From Moniliella sp. 'wahieum' (Eukaryota): a stretch of DNA of 64,000 nt. Every line of letters starts with the position of its first letter. Position 1 is the stretch's first letter. Both the position numbers and the translations under genes were made by a program. The stretch is taken from positions 186,001 through 250,000 of the forward strand of contig RSEE01000034.1 of the NCBI GenBank assembly GCA_003971905.1, read 5' to 3'. Positions 63,756-64,000 of the stretch are shown piece by piece. A model generated the notes under the pieces. The model made no database searches, was not told where the DNA came from, and was given only the letters and a program-made list of their open reading frames with translations.

Positions 63756-64000
63756 GTGGGTGAATGGAGGGGGGGGGGGGGGGTCACACTGGGAGCCCTT
63801 GTATAAGGTGCCGCAAATTTACCAATCGTCGGGTGGCTGGCGAAGGGAGAGGCTGGGACAAAGGATGGGTGTGGAGTCTGACCGACCTAAGGGGCAGGTA
63901 CTAGGCTGGTATACGAGCTGCTTGGCTGTCGCCGTCAAAGGGCCCAAGCGGTTAGACGGGCAAGGAAGCCGGCGCCCCCAGTGCTCTTGCCTTTCTCTAT

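Noticed and set aside
1..64000. tRNA, rRNA, transposase, reverse transcriptase or LTR features
   Set aside because: None recognised by eye. The CCHC knuckle at ~10170 belongs to TOP3 and is not a retroelement gag. tRNAscan-SE and RepeatMasker were not run.

Overview
A 64 kb window of fungal genomic DNA. It is GC-rich and intron-poor, with short GT..AG introns and CTRAC-type branch points; the gene style suggests a basidiomycete, probably Ustilaginomycotina (inference). About 21 protein-coding loci are present: NFS1, TOP3, RPS1/eS1, CET1-type RNA triphosphatase, FYVE-RING E3 ligase, DHA1 MFS transporter, EOS1, DAD4, SPF1 P5A-ATPase, NmrA-like reductase, KAP123, a non-reducing PKS, a PHD-finger protein, a DAO/TDA3-like oxidoreductase, a thiolase, several hypotheticals and a three-gene cluster at the right end. 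Most long genes, including essential ones, carry apparent single-base frameshifts. These most likely reflect an unpolished long-read assembly, so exact boundaries are approximate. Top finding (57.7-63.8 kb): a putative methylated-amine catabolism cluster made of a peroxisomal (-SKL) copper amine oxidase, a divergently transcribed glutathione-dependent formaldehyde dehydrogenase, and a membrane-anchored DUF3445/heme-dependent oxidative N-demethylase alpha-like gene that the ORF track shows only as fragments. Second finding (36.2-42.2 kb): a SAT-KS-AT-PT-TE PKS with intact KS, AT, PT and TE motifs but no ACP, only a GADTM relic, which would need a partner in trans. No rRNA, tRNA, CRISPR array or intact transposon was recognised.
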